Source: Rhodothermales bacterium
GTDB taxonomy: Bacteria > Bacteroidota > Rhodothermia > Rhodothermales > Bin80
Length of the DNA: 64,000 nt
NCBI GenBank assembly: GCA_965207385.1
Contig: CBDBLZ010000005.1
Location: forward strand, 8,276 to 72,275
Direction: 5' to 3'
The notes under the pieces were generated by a model that saw nothing but the letters and a program-made list of their open reading frames with translations, was not told the DNA's origin and did no database searches. A program made the position numbers and the translations under genes. Shown one piece after another: positions 28,742 through 47,868 of the stretch. Numbering within the stretch: the first letter of the stretch is position 1; every line of letters begins with the position of its first letter.

Positions 28742-29788
28742 ATGAAACTGTCCGAATTCCGTTACGAGTTTCCCGATTCGCTGGTCGCGAAATACCCCGC
28801 CGAGCCGCGCGACACCTCCCGCCTGATGGTGCTCAACCGTGCGGAAGGCACCATAGAACACCGGCGTTTCAGCGAAATCGTGGACTACTTCGGCGCAGGG
28901 GACGTACTCGTGTACAACAATACCAAGGTCTTTCCTGCTCGGCTGAACGGAGAAAAGGAAAAGACCGGAGCCCACATTGAGGTATTCCTGCTTCGCGAGC
29001 TCAATCCGGAGAGTAGGCTCTGGGACGTAATAGTCGATCCTGCCCGCAAGATCAGAATCGGTAACAAGCTATTCTTTGAAAACGGACTGGTGGCCGAGGT
29101 CATAGACAACACGACCTCGCGCGGTCGCACCATTCGCTTTGTATTTGCGGGCAGCAACCAGGATCTGTATGCGAAGATCGACGAAATCGGCCAGACGCCG
29201 CTGCCTCCCTATATCAAGCGGTTACCCGAGCCGGAGGATCGCGATCGCTACCAGACCATATTTGCTGCACATCGCGGCGCGGTCGCGGCTCCGACGGCGG
29301 GCCTGCACTTTACGCCGCAGCTTCGGGACCGCCTGGCAGACAAGGGTGTCCTCCTTGCTCCGGTGACGCTGCACGTGGGCCTGGGAACGTTTCGGCCCGT
29401 GGACGTGGAGGATTTGACCAAGCATCGCATGGACTCCGAAAGCTATGCGATTTCGGATTACACGGCCAATGCGGTCAACGGGGCCCTGAGATCACCGGAT
29501 TGCTCGGTTACAGCACTCGGCACGACGGTTGTGCGGGCCATCGAAACAAGCCTGTCGGTGGACAACATGCTGAAGGGCCGCAGCGGCTGGACGGACAAGT
29601 TCATTTATCCGCCCTACGAGTTCAGGATCACAGAGCGGCTGATCACCAATTTCCACCGGCCCAAGAGCACGCTGCTGATGCTGGTGTCGGCATTTGCCGG
29701 ATATGATTTTGTGAAGCACGCATACAGGGAGGCGATGGAGGAGGAGTATCGCCTCTTTTCGTTCGGAGACGCCATGCTCATCGTCTGA
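28742..29788 (+). CDS. queA: S-adenosylmethionine:tRNA ribosyltransferase-isomerase
   Basis: [56 protein letters not shown]. Confidence 0.93.
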   Translation: MKLSEFRYEFPDSLVAKYPAEPRDTSRLMVLNRAEGTIEHRRFSEIVDYFGAGDVLVYNNTKVFPARLNGEKEKTGAHIEVFLLRELNPESRLWDVIVDPARKIRIGNKLFFENGLVAEVIDNTTSRGRTIRFVFAGSNQDLYAKIDEIGQTPLPPYIKRLPEPEDRDRYQTIFAAHRGAVAAPTAGLHFTPQLRDRLADKGVLLAPVTLHVGLGTFRPVDVEDLTKHRMDSESYAISDYTANAVNGALRSPDCSVTALGTTVVRAIETSLSVDNMLKGRSGWTDKFIYPPYEFRITERLITNFHRPKSTLLMLVSAFAGYDFVKHAYREAMEEEYRLFSFGDAMLIV

Positions 29789-29796
29789 GGTCGCCC

Positions 29797-30477
29797 ATGA
29801 CAAGGCGTGGGCGCGTGGCCGCCGTTGTGCCGGCTGCAGGGCGCGGCAGCCGTCTCGGCGGCGACAGGAAGCAGTTCAGGATGCTGGGCGATGCCCCGCT
29901 CCTGGTGCAGACGCTGCGCATGCTCGAGCGACACGCCGAGATTGATCATTACTGCGTGGCCCTGCCGGCGTCCGCCGCCGGTATCCCGTGCCGGGACGAG
30001 CTCCACAAGCTCCGGGCCGTCGTAAAGGGAGGTGCCACGCGCAGCATCTCGGTGGCCAAAGCCCTTGCAGGCACGGATGCCGACCTCATTCTCGTGCACG
30101 ATGCCGTGCGGCCGTTTGTGGAGCCGGCGCTTGTGTCGAGCGTCATAGCCCTAGCGCGCAGGTTCGGCGCCGCGGCTCTTGCCCTGCCGGTTGCCGATAC
30201 GGTCCGGTATGGCGACAGCGGCTGCTTTGCCCGCGCAGTTTCCAGAGAGGATCTGTTCCGGATGCAGACGCCCCAGGGCTTCAGGAGGCCCCTCCTGGAA
30301 GCCGCCCTTGGAGCAGGCGGCGAGGCCACCGACGAGGTAGAGCCGGTGATGAATATGGGGCATGCCGTGCACATCGTGCACGGAAGCGCCTGGAATTTCA
30401 AGATCACTACGCCCGAGGACTGGGCGCTGGCAAGGGCGCTCTGGCCGAGATGGCAGGAGGAACATCCATGCGCATAG
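29797..30477 (+). CDS. ispD: 2-C-methyl-D-erythritol 4-phosphate cytidylyltransferase
   Basis: AAVVPAAGRGSRLGGDRKQF N-terminus, VHDAVRPF, TPQGF. Confidence 0.9.
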   Translation: MTRRGRVAAVVPAAGRGSRLGGDRKQFRMLGDAPLLVQTLRMLERHAEIDHYCVALPASAAGIPCRDELHKLRAVVKGGATRSISVAKALAGTDADLILVHDAVRPFVEPALVSSVIALARRFGAAALALPVADTVRYGDSGCFARAVSREDLFRMQTPQGFRRPLLEAALGAGGEATDEVEPVMNMGHAVHIVHGSAWNFKITTPEDWALARALWPRWQEEHPCA

Positions 30478-30944
30478 GACTGGGATACGACGTGCATCGC
30501 CTTGTGCCGGATCGGCCGCTCATGCTGGGTGGCGTCCGGGTCCCGCACAAGCTGGGTCTTGAGGGGCATTCCGATGCGGACGTGCTGCTGCACGCCGTTT
30601 GCGACGCGATGCTGGGCGCCGCCGCCCTCGGAGATATCGGATCGCATTTTCCGGACACGGACGGCACCTGGCGCGGGGCGGACAGCCGCAGTTTGCTGCG
30701 CGCCGTTTCGGGCATGGTTGCCAGGAAGGGATTCAAGGTCAGCAACCTGGACGTTACCATTGCACTGGAGCGCCCGCGGCTGCGGCCCCTGATTGACGAC
30801 ATGCGGCTTTCGATTGCGACGCTGCTGGGAATCGATGTCGACCGTGTCTCGGTCAAGGCGACCACGAGCGAAGGCATGGGCTTTGTAGGTCGGCGCCAGG
30901 GCGTCGCGGCCTGGGCCGTGTGTTTGCTGGAGGAGGCTGGGTGA
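30468..30944 (+). CDS. ispF: 2-C-methyl-D-erythritol 2,4-cyclodiphosphate synthase
   Basis: MRIGLGYDVHRL, GHSDADVLLHAVCDAMLGAAALGDIGSHFPDTD. This is the last 159 codons of ORF 29988..30944, with a 10-nt overlap with ispD. Confidence 0.93.
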   Translation: MRIGLGYDVHRLVPDRPLMLGGVRVPHKLGLEGHSDADVLLHAVCDAMLGAAALGDIGSHFPDTDGTWRGADSRSLLRAVSGMVARKGFKVSNLDVTIALERPRLRPLIDDMRLSIATLLGIDVDRVSVKATTSEGMGFVGRRQGVAAWAVCLLEEAG

Positions 30945-31561
30945 TGGAAGTCCAGGTGAGCGAAATGGTCACGCGCCTGGCCGAGCTGCCGCCGATTTCC
31001 GTGTATCTGGTCGTGGCCCTGATATCGTTTCTGGAATACCTGCTGCCGCCGGTGCCAGGGGACGCCGTTGTAGTCTTTGCCGGCGCCATGGCCGGGCTGG
31101 GACTGGTGAACGGGCCGTTGGTGGTGCTGCTTGGCGCCACAAGCGGCGCCTGCGGATTCATGACCGTGTACTGGCTGGGCAGCCGGCTGGGAAATATGGC
31201 CGAGAGCCGGCGATCCGTGCTCTTCTTTTCCGCTGATGACATTGAGCGGGGCCGGCGATGGATTACCCGGTGGGGATCGTGGCTCGTGGTAACCAATCGC
31301 CTCTTTAGCGGCATCCGGTCCGTAATTGCACTGGTGGCGGGCATGGGCGCCATGCCGAGGCGTCTGACTGCGACGCTGAGCTTTGTGGGTGCGCTTGCAT
31401 GGGCGGCGCTGCTCGTGGCAGCGGGCTACCTGGTCGGAGATCGTTGGGAAGAAGTCTCAGGCTACCTTGCCAGGTACGGCCTGGCGGTGATGGCTTTCGT
31501 GCTGGGCTATTTCGTGCTGCAGATGTGGCGCCGCCATCGCAGAATCCGCGGGGAGCCTTGA
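30944..31561 (+). CDS. DedA/SNARE-associated family membrane protein
   Basis: LEYLLPPVPGD, VVTNRLFSGIRSVIALVAGM, multi-TM. The ATG at 30944 overlaps the ispF TGA by 1 nt. Confidence 0.75.
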   Translation: MEVQVSEMVTRLAELPPISVYLVVALISFLEYLLPPVPGDAVVVFAGAMAGLGLVNGPLVVLLGATSGACGFMTVYWLGSRLGNMAESRRSVLFFSADDIERGRRWITRWGSWLVVTNRLFSGIRSVIALVAGMGAMPRRLTATLSFVGALAWAALLVAAGYLVGDRWEEVSGYLARYGLAVMAFVLGYFVLQMWRRHRRIRGEP

Positions 31562-31587
31562 CAGGATATCAGTTTAGATCGTATACT
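31558..31587 (+). promoter_or_regulatory. Strong sigma-70-type promoter for the tRNA-tuf transcription unit
   Basis: Perfect TTGACA (31558-31563), an 18-nt spacer, then TATACT (31582-31587), 31 nt upstream of tRNA-Thr. A second copy of TATACTTTA lies at 31595-31603. Confidence 0.6.
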
Positions 31588-31617
31588 TTAAGGCTATACT
31601 TTAGCTGATGCTACTGT

Positions 31618-31690
31618 GCTGGCGTAGCTCAACCGGTAGAGCAGCTGATTTGTAATCAGCAGGTTGGGGGTTCGAGTCCCTTCGCCAGCT
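31618..31690 (+). tRNA. tRNA-Thr (anticodon UGU)
   Basis: Cloverleaf read by eye: acceptor GCTGGCG/CGCCAGC, D arm GCTC..GAGC, anticodon stem GCTGA/TCAGC with loop TT-TGT-AA, T arm GGGGG-TTCGAGT-CCCTT. Confidence 0.9.
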
Positions 31691-31760
31691 CTTCACGTTA
31701 AATTCGCTGGCCCTGTTGGCACTGCACCCCTGATGGCCCATATAACCATGCTGCGATGAC

Positions 31761-31842
31761 GGGCAGGTACCCAAGCGGTCAACGGGGGCAGACTGTAAAT
31801 CTGCTGGCTAAGCCTTCGGAGGTTCGAATCCTTCCCTGCCCA
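31761..31842 (+). tRNA. tRNA-Tyr (anticodon GUA), long variable arm
   Basis: Acceptor GGGCAGG/CCTGCCC, anticodon stem GCAGA/TCTGC with loop CT-GTA-AA, a long variable arm, T arm GGAGG-TTCGAAT-CCTTC. Confidence 0.9.
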
Positions 31843-31883
31843 CCCATACGAACTGGAACACTTGCCCCAAGCATCCGGGCGAT

Positions 31884-31956
31884 GCGGGAGTAGCTCAGTT
31901 GGTAGAGCATCAGCCTTCCAAGCTGAGGGTCGCGAGTTCGAATCTCGTCTCCCGCT
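31884..31956 (+). tRNA. tRNA-Gly (anticodon UCC)
   Basis: Acceptor GCGGGAG/CTCCCGC, anticodon stem TCAGC/GCTGA with loop CT-TCC-AA, T arm GCGAG-TTCGAAT-CTCGT. Confidence 0.9.
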
Positions 31957-32001
31957 CCTTTGATGCCGGTTCCCCGGAGCCGCACATAGGGTTTCGATCC
32001 T

Positions 32002-32076
<75 letters not shown>

Positions 32077-32108
32077 GAACATTCTTGTACAATAGGCGAG
32101 CATAGGAC

Positions 32109-33299
<1,191 letters not shown>

Positions 33300-33309
33300 C
33301 AGCCGAAAA

Positions 33310-33385
33310 ACGGGCGTAGCTCAACTGGCAGAGCGGCGGTCTCCAAAACCGCAGGTTGTGGGTTCAAGTCCTACCGCCCGTGCCA
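33310..33385 (+). tRNA. tRNA-Trp (anticodon CCA), CCA encoded
   Basis: Acceptor ACGGGCG/CGCCCGT, anticodon stem GCGGT/ACCGC with loop CT-CCA-AA, T arm GTGGG-TTCAAGT-CCTAC, then GCCA. Confidence 0.9.
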
Positions 33386-33424
33386 ATCCCAGGCTCTCCG
33401 CCATATTCTGACGAAAGACGGACA

Positions 33425-33622
33425 ATGACGAAGATACCAGCCAAGATCAGCGGCTATCTCAGTGACGTGACGACTGAGATGCGCAAGGTTACCTGGCCCA
33501 AGCGGAAGGAGCTTGTCAACAACACCGTTGTTACGCTCCTGGCAAGCGTGGCACTGGCGCTGTTCATTTTCGGGGCGGACCGGGTAATAAGTTTCATACT
33601 GGATATCATTTATCCGGGGTAG
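33425..33622 (+). CDS. secE: Preprotein translocase subunit SecE
   Basis: 65-aa protein from the internal ATG; EMRKVTWPKRKEL followed by a single TM helix; canonical position before nusG. Confidence 0.85.
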   Translation: MTKIPAKISGYLSDVTTEMRKVTWPKRKELVNNTVVTLLASVALALFIFGADRVISFILDIIYPG

Positions 33623-33628
33623 CGGGTT

Positions 33629-34177
33629 ATGGAAAGCAACGCCGACGCTAGGTGGTACGTGCTCAGGACGTTTTCCGGGCACGAGAAGAAGGTCAAGAAA
33701 TTTCTCGAAAGCGAGATCGAGCGGCTTCATCTAGAGAGCCGGCTGACCGATATCCTGATACCGACGGAAACGGTATTCGAGATGCGCAGCGGCAAGAAGC
33801 GCACGCGCGAAAAGCGGTTCTTCCCCGGCTACATACTGATACAGGCCCTTATGGACAACGAGCTTCAGCACGTGGTCTCCGGCCTGCCCTCCGTGATCGG
33901 ATTCCTGGGTGGGCGAGACCAGGCCACCCCCCTTCGGCCGGAAGAGGTGGCGCGCATCATGGGGCGCGTGGAAGATGCCCGCGATTCCGGCGAAAAGCCT
34001 GCCATGCCCTTTGCGAGCGGAGACGCGGTCAAAGTGGTGGATGGGCCGTTCAACAACTTCACGGGCTTTGTGGACGAGGTATTCCCGGACAAGATGAAGG
34101 TCCGCGTAATGGTATCAATATTCGGCCGCAAAACGCCCTTGGAGCTGGATTATCTGCAGATTGAACTGGAGCAGTAA
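33629..34177 (+). CDS. nusG: Transcription termination/antitermination factor NusG
   Basis: RWYVLRTFSGHEKKV N-terminus and the C-terminal KOW block GDAVKVVDGPFNNFTGFVDEV. Confidence 0.95.
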   Translation: MESNADARWYVLRTFSGHEKKVKKFLESEIERLHLESRLTDILIPTETVFEMRSGKKRTREKRFFPGYILIQALMDNELQHVVSGLPSVIGFLGGRDQATPLRPEEVARIMGRVEDARDSGEKPAMPFASGDAVKVVDGPFNNFTGFVDEVFPDKMKVRVMVSIFGRKTPLELDYLQIELEQ

Positions 34178-34270
34178 ATTCCCCGAGGGGATTGGAACCA
34201 TCCACTTTCTGGAGCATTCCACAAGGCTGCAACGTTCCGGCTCGGTCGCACACACCCCAAGATCGACTGT

Positions 34271-34705
34271 ATGGCAAAGCCTGTTGATAGCCTGATCAAG
34301 CTGCAAATCAAGGCCGGGCAGGCAAATCCGGCTCCGCCCATTGGTCCCGCCCTGGGACAGCACGGAGTCAACATCATGGAATTCTGCAAGCAGTTCAATG
34401 CTGCCACGCAGGATCGGCAGGGACTGGTGCTGCCGGTGGTCATTTCCGTCTACGCGGACAAGACCTTCAGCTTTGTTGTCAAGAGTCCTCCGGCAGCCGT
34501 GCTGCTATTGAAGGCCGCCGGAATCGAGAGCGGAGCCCGGGACTCCCTGAGGGAGCGCGTGGGCTCCGTTACCTGGGATGCCTGCAGGGACATAGCCCAG
34601 CAGAAAATGAATGACCTCAATGCCTTCGACCTGGATCGCGCTGCCAGCATGATTGCCGGAACGGCCCGCTCCATGGGCATTCGCGTGGAGGGCCGCCCAA
34701 GCTAA
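34271..34705 (+). CDS. rplK: 50S ribosomal protein L11
   Basis: [34 protein letters not shown]. Confidence 0.97.
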   Translation: MAKPVDSLIKLQIKAGQANPAPPIGPALGQHGVNIMEFCKQFNAATQDRQGLVLPVVISVYADKTFSFVVKSPPAAVLLLKAAGIESGARDSLRERVGSVTWDACRDIAQQKMNDLNAFDLDRAASMIAGTARSMGIRVEGRPS

Positions 34706-34717
34706 CAGCAAATAGCC

Positions 34718-35428
34718 ATGCCAGGGAGAGGCAAGCGTTACGATCGTGCGAAGCAGGCGCTCCAGGAGTTGGGACCCGGTCCCTATACGCTGGAGGAGGC
34801 GACTGACGCGGTCAAGTCCGTTGGACTTGCCAAATTCGATGAATCCGTAGACATGGACCTCAGGCTGGGCGTCGACCCGCGACACGCTGATCAGATGGTG
34901 CGGGGCAGCGTAGCCCTGCCGCACGGCACGGGCAGGCAGGTACGCGTGCTTGTATTGGCCAATGAAGCCAAGCAGCAGGAAGCGGTTGCCGCCGGCGCCG
35001 ACCACGTGGGGCTCGACGACTATATCCAGCGCATCCAGGAGGGCTGGACGGACATTGATGTCGTGGTGGCTACGCCGGACGTGATGGCCAAGGTAGGGCG
35101 GCTGGGGCGCATTCTTGGACCGCGCGGGCTCATGCCCAATCCCAAGAGCGGCACGGTGACCATGGACGTAAGCGAAGCGGTTCGCCAAGTCAAGGCGGGC
35201 AAGATTGATTTTCGCGTGGATAAGCAGGGTAACCTCCACACCGGTATTGGCCGCGTTTCGTTCACGTCATCGCAGCTTCGGGACAATGCCCGGGCCTTTT
35301 TGCTGGAGGTACTGCGCCTCAGGCCGGCCTCGGCCAAGGGCACATACGTGCGCTCCATTACGCTCTCTACCACGATGGGGCCCGCGATCGAGATATCCCG
35401 CGCCGAGGTTCTCAACATTGCGCGCTAG
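34718..35428 (+). CDS. rplA: 50S ribosomal protein L1
   Basis: [42 protein letters not shown]. Confidence 0.97.
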   Translation: MPGRGKRYDRAKQALQELGPGPYTLEEATDAVKSVGLAKFDESVDMDLRLGVDPRHADQMVRGSVALPHGTGRQVRVLVLANEAKQQEAVAAGADHVGLDDYIQRIQEGWTDIDVVVATPDVMAKVGRLGRILGPRGLMPNPKSGTVTMDVSEAVRQVKAGKIDFRVDKQGNLHTGIGRVSFTSSQLRDNARAFLLEVLRLRPASAKGTYVRSITLSTTMGPAIEISRAEVLNIAR

Positions 35429-35432
35429 AGAC

Positions 35433-35951
35433 ATGCCGTTGACGAAAGCAGAGAAAGCCTCCCAAATCGCCGAAGTTGCCGAGCAGCTGGACGAGGCGGC
35501 GGCCGTTTACCTTACCGAATACAAGGGACTCAAGGTTGACCAGGTGGAGGACCTGCGCGGCCGCTTTCGCGCCTCGGGAGTGCGCTACCGCGTGGTCAAG
35601 AACACGCTCCTGAGGAGGGCCATGGAGCAGGCCGGCGGTTACGACAGCCTCTTCGAATACCTTCACGGGCCGACTGCGGCCGCCTTCAGCGTCGAGCCAG
35701 CCTCGGCCGCCCGTGTGATCAAGGAGTACGTAAAAGCCAATCGCAATTCTCCGCTCGCGCTGAAGGCCGCGTTTGTGGACGGCGCCGTGTACTCCGGCCA
35801 GGAGATTGACACCCTGGCTTCGCTCAAGTCCCGGGATGAATTGCTGGGCGATATCATCGGACTTCTCCTGTCGCCGATCAGAAACGTGGTCGGCGCTGTG
35901 CAGAGTCCGGGCGGAACTCTGGCCTCCATGCTGGCGGCCTTTCAGAAATAG
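35433..35951 (+). CDS. rplJ: 50S ribosomal protein L10
   Basis: The internal ATG 4 nt after the rplA stop gives MPLTKAEKASQIAEVAEQL...YKGLKVDQVEDLR...VVKNTL. Confidence 0.95.
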   Translation: MPLTKAEKASQIAEVAEQLDEAAAVYLTEYKGLKVDQVEDLRGRFRASGVRYRVVKNTLLRRAMEQAGGYDSLFEYLHGPTAAAFSVEPASAARVIKEYVKANRNSPLALKAAFVDGAVYSGQEIDTLASLKSRDELLGDIIGLLLSPIRNVVGAVQSPGGTLASMLAAFQK

Positions 35952-36027
35952 TACATCCTATCACCAACCTTAAAGTGCGGCGCAGCCCGATGCGGGGCCA
36001 AGACCGTCGCCGGAGGACACATTCACC

Positions 36028-36408
36028 ATGGCAAAAGTAAAGGAACTCGCAGAACAACTCGTTTCCCTGACCATCAAAGAGGCCAGCGAGCTGGCCCAGG
36101 TCCTGGAAGCGGACTACGGTATTCGGCCTGCGGCCGCGGCCGTGGCAGCCGTGCCCGCGGGCGCCGGAGGCGAAGCGGCCCAGGAGGAGGAAGAGCAGAC
36201 CGAATTCACGGTCATCCTCACGGGCTTCGGAAGCCAGAAGATCGCGGTTATCAAGGAAGTGCGGGCCATTACGGGGCTCGGACTGAAGGACGCGAAAGCG
36301 CTGGTGGACGGCGTTCCGAAGGAGGTCAAGGAAGCTGTCTCCAAGGAAGAAGCCGAGGAACTCCGCACCCGCCTGGAAGGCGTGGGGGCGGAAGTGGAGA
36401 TAAAGTAG
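36028..36408 (+). CDS. rplL: 50S ribosomal protein L7/L12
   Basis: The N-terminal dimerisation helix, an Ala/Glu hinge and the C-terminal [25 protein letters not shown]. Confidence 0.97.
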   Translation: MAKVKELAEQLVSLTIKEASELAQVLEADYGIRPAAAAVAAVPAGAGGEAAQEEEEQTEFTVILTGFGSQKIAVIKEVRAITGLGLKDAKALVDGVPKEVKEAVSKEEAEELRTRLEGVGAEVEIK

Positions 36409-36483
36409 GCAGGCCGCCATGCATGCCGCCGACCGCGCGCGTGCCTTCGCTGCTGTGTTTCAACAACCTGTGTGATTCCGTCT

Positions 36484-40314
<3,831 letters not shown>

Positions 40315-40369
40315 GCTGTTTGCCGCCAGATAGCTCGCTTCTCTTCCTTCCAAACAGGTTCGCTTGATT

Positions 40370-44677
<4,308 letters not shown>

Positions 44678-45074
44678 GCCGCAGAGGTATTCTCCCGCTG
44701 CCAGTCCTGCTTCGGCTGGGTACGTACAGGGTGGGGCACTCCCGAAGTGTCGCATGACGTGCGGGCTGACTCGGAGCATCGGTGCCATAATCGTGTCTGT
44801 GCGGCTCAGATGAATCGGCCCTTGGCCGCCGGAGCTCTGGCCACGCGGATTCAGCTGGGGGAGCATCGACTTGGCCAAAACGGTAATGAATTTGCTTCCT
44901 GCCGCTGCTGCTGCGCTGCCCGCCTCCAGGGATCAGGGAAACCAACGCACAGCAAGGCAGCAGTTGCGTGATTGCCGGTCCGTTCGGCGAGTATCCCGTG
45001 GTGCACCTGTGCTCAGCCGGTCAAGCCAGTCACGCTGCAGACACCTACTGTTTAGGCTCTATCACACGGCGATC

Positions 45075-46835
45075 TCAATTGCCGGACTCACGGATCTGGA
45101 CCGTCAGGACCTGCACGTCGTGATAGCGCTCATGGCGAACGGATGAAGCGAGGTGGCGCAGCATTCTGAGGGAGAGCTCTTTCTCTTCGGGAGTGACGTT
45201 GGCATGGTCGGCTAAAAGGGCAATGCGGTCCTGAATGTTCTCCGAACTCACGCACCCGATGAATTCAAGCACGGCCCCGGTATCCGTCTTGCGAGCCGTC
45301 AGCACCAGCTTGTTCAGCCTCGGACTGTCGGCTTCCGCCTCATCCTGCATCAGGATCAGAATCACTTCTTCCGCCGCGCCCTCCATGCGAAGGACCATCT
45401 CCTGTTCCCATCGATACCTGCTGGAAAACTCTCGCAGAAAGGCCATTACTTCGGGTAGCGTCTGCGGGCCCAGAACGGTTTCGAGGCTGCGGGCGCGAGG
45501 CCGCAGCAGGTCAACGGCAAGTGTCATGACAATGGCGGCCAGACCACCTGCCGTCATGCCGTTGGCCAGGAGGCCACCGGCAAACTCTTCGAAGAACCCG
45601 GGGAATATGCGACTTTGTTCGAAGCCTGCTCCGAGCCAGAATGAGACGCCTGCAATGATTCCCGTGCGGTGGCCCAAACCAGCCGCGACCACGACTCTCA
45701 TGCCGAGAACAAAGAGCATGGCAACCAGAACTGCGAGATAGGCGCCCACGACGGGACCAGGTATGGCGAGGACCACGGCAAGCGCCTTGGGCACGAAGGC
45801 CAGCAAGACGAAAAGCGCGCCTACAGCCACGCCGACACTCCGGGCCGCTACTCCCGTAAGCTCCGTCATCGAAATGGAAGACGAATATGTGGTATTGGGG
45901 ACGGTCCCCAGGAGGCCGGACAGCAAGTTGCCGGTTCCGTCCGCAGCAATGGCGCCCTGGACGGACTGAAAGTCCACGGCGCGCGGTCGTCTCCAGGAAA
46001 CGCGTTGAATGGCCACCGTATCTCCCAGCGTCTCTATCGCTCCGATGAGCGTCAGGAATAGGAACGTCGGCAAGAGCGTCCAGAATACCCGGTCGAATCT
46101 GAAGTCGATGCCCGGCCAGCCGCCACTTGGAAGACCTAGCCACGCCGCGGCATGCAGTCCGTCGGTATCATATACCCCGTAAAGGCCTGCAGCGACAGAG
46201 CCGCATACAACACCGGCAACAGGAGACCACAGCCGCAGGATGCCCTTTGCCTTGATGGCCATGCAGGCAATAACCAGCACCGTGACGGCTGCGCAAACTG
46301 GCGCGGCTGAATCGGGCGCCGAATCTGGCACATCATCGAGCACCTCAAAGATCACCGGCATCACGGTTACGGAAATGAGCATGATTACCGTGCCCGAAAC
46401 CGTAGGCGTAAGGATCCGCCTGAACAGCGGCAGCCGACTGGCCAGGAAGAACTGAAACAGAGCAGAAATGACGATGAGCGTCGCGAGCAGCTGCGGCCCC
46501 CCGCTCGACAATGCGGCAATGCATGCCGCAATGAAGGCTCCGGAGCTACCCATTAGGAGAACGTATCCTGCTCCCACGCGCCAGACCCGGACGGCCTGGA
46601 CAATGGTCGTCGTGCCGCTTACAATTACGGCCGAAAACACGGCCCACTGCAGAAACTGCTCGCCGGCTCCTGCCGATCGAACTACGATAGCGGGAGTAAG
46701 CACAATGCCGGCAATCGACAGCAGCGCGAGCTGAAGTCCCAGGCCGACTGAAAGCAAAGGCGGGGGATTCTCGTCCGGCTGGAAGCGAATATCAGCTGTG
46801 CGCGAATCCTCTAGCATTGGCCACAAGCGCCGCAT
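45075..46835 (-). CDS. NCS2 (xanthine/uracil/purine) family permease with about 150-aa C-terminal cytoplasmic extension
   Basis: Multi-TM core with GLGLQLALLSIAGIVLTP and an IPGPVVGAYLAVLVAMLFVLG NCS2-like signature. The soluble tail after LLRPRARS has no motif I recognise. The start could instead be the ATG at 46817. Confidence 0.65.
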   Translation of the reverse strand: MRRLWPMLEDSRTADIRFQPDENPPPLLSVGLGLQLALLSIAGIVLTPAIVVRSAGAGEQFLQWAVFSAVIVSGTTTIVQAVRVWRVGAGYVLLMGSSGAFIAACIAALSSGGPQLLATLIVISALFQFFLASRLPLFRRILTPTVSGTVIMLISVTVMPVIFEVLDDVPDSAPDSAAPVCAAVTVLVIACMAIKAKGILRLWSPVAGVVCGSVAAGLYGVYDTDGLHAAAWLGLPSGGWPGIDFRFDRVFWTLLPTFLFLTLIGAIETLGDTVAIQRVSWRRPRAVDFQSVQGAIAADGTGNLLSGLLGTVPNTTYSSSISMTELTGVAARSVGVAVGALFVLLAFVPKALAVVLAIPGPVVGAYLAVLVAMLFVLGMRVVVAAGLGHRTGIIAGVSFWLGAGFEQSRIFPGFFEEFAGGLLANGMTAGGLAAIVMTLAVDLLRPRARSLETVLGPQTLPEVMAFLREFSSRYRWEQEMVLRMEGAAEEVILILMQDEAEADSPRLNKLVLTARKTDTGAVLEFIGCVSSENIQDRIALLADHANVTPEEKELSLRMLRHLASSVRHERYHDVQVLTVQIRESGN

Positions 46836-46935
46836 TCGGGCACTCCGAAGTGCAGCAACGCGTTACTTGGACTAGTCGTTTGCCAATAAACTACAAAGTT
46901 TGCCCGCGTATTCCAGCCGGGACGGAGCGGCCCTT

Positions 46936-47721
46936 GTGCAACTGCATAGCATTTACATTTATCCTCTGAAGGCGGCCCGGCGCGTGGCTCTGGCCAGCGC
47001 CCGCGTGGAGGAGCGCGGACTTCAGCAAGACCGAAGGTGGATGGCGGTAGATGCAGGTGGCCGTTTTCTGAGTCAGCGGGAAGTACCAAACCTTGCGCTT
47101 GTGCGCGTCCGGCTCGACTCGGGTGGCCTGATGCTGGAGGCACCGGGCATGCGGGGCGTTGCTGTTCAGGTGCCTTCCGCGGATGCGCCTACGGCGCGGG
47201 TGAAGATCTGGAATGATTCGGTGCAGGCCTCGCTGGCAGCCCCGGAGGCCGAGGCCTGGATGACCGCCTACCTTGGAAGGCCCTGCCGGATTGCGTATAT
47301 GCCCGAAAACTCATTCCGGCAACTGAATCCGGACGTTGCTTCCGGTATCGTCAGCTTTGCGGACGGATACCCGCTACTCCTGACAACACTGGCGTCCCTG
47401 CAGAATCTGAATTCCCGCATGGGAGCGCCCGTCGAAATGACCCGCTTTCGGCCGAACGTCGTGATTGCCGGCAGCAGACCCTATGAAGAGGACAGTTGGA
47501 AGAGGATTCGCGTGGGCAACGTGCGTCTCCGGGTGGTGAAGCCGTGCGATCGATGTGTTGTCACCACTATCGACCAGGAAACGGGAGAGCAGGGGAAGGA
47601 GCCATTGAAAACCCTCGGCCGGTATCGCAAGCGAGGCTCAGGCGTCTACTTCGGGCAAAACCTGGTACCGGAGACCCGAGGAGAGATCCGTCTCGGCGAC
47701 AGGGTCGAGATTCTGGAATAG
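46936..47721 (+). CDS. MOSC domain protein (YcbX-like: MOSC_N beta-barrel plus MOSC)
   Basis: IYIYPLKAARRV near the N-terminus, as in YcbX; FADGYPLLL; C-terminal KPCDRCVVTTIDQETG with the conserved Cys. The GTG at 46936 is preferred to the TTG at 46900. Confidence 0.75.
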   Translation: MQLHSIYIYPLKAARRVALASARVEERGLQQDRRWMAVDAGGRFLSQREVPNLALVRVRLDSGGLMLEAPGMRGVAVQVPSADAPTARVKIWNDSVQASLAAPEAEAWMTAYLGRPCRIAYMPENSFRQLNPDVASGIVSFADGYPLLLTTLASLQNLNSRMGAPVEMTRFRPNVVIAGSRPYEEDSWKRIRVGNVRLRVVKPCDRCVVTTIDQETGEQGKEPLKTLGRYRKRGSGVYFGQNLVPETRGEIRLGDRVEILE

Positions 47722-47868
47722 GCGCCTGATGCGGCTTGCCGCTCCCCGAAAGGCATGTTTCGGATAAATCTGCCATGCCTTAAATTTGGGCCAACCCAGA
47801 CGGATTGCAGACTTCCCACAGCGTTTCTTCCACATAGGGGATCAGTTTCACCGGCACATTTCGCGGCT

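Noticed and set aside
29988-30467. Long ORF overlapping ispD in another frame
   Set aside because: Only the last 159 codons (from the ATG at 30468) match IspF. The upstream part is Arg/Gly/Pro-rich read-through of the ispD region.
46836-46935. Possible purine riboswitch in the 5' region of the NCS2 permease, and a possible T-box upstream of trpS
   Set aside because: The permease leader is under 100 nt and shows none of the conserved purine-riboswitch junction sequences. trpS has only a 12-nt spacer to the upstream gene, so no leader RNA can be present.
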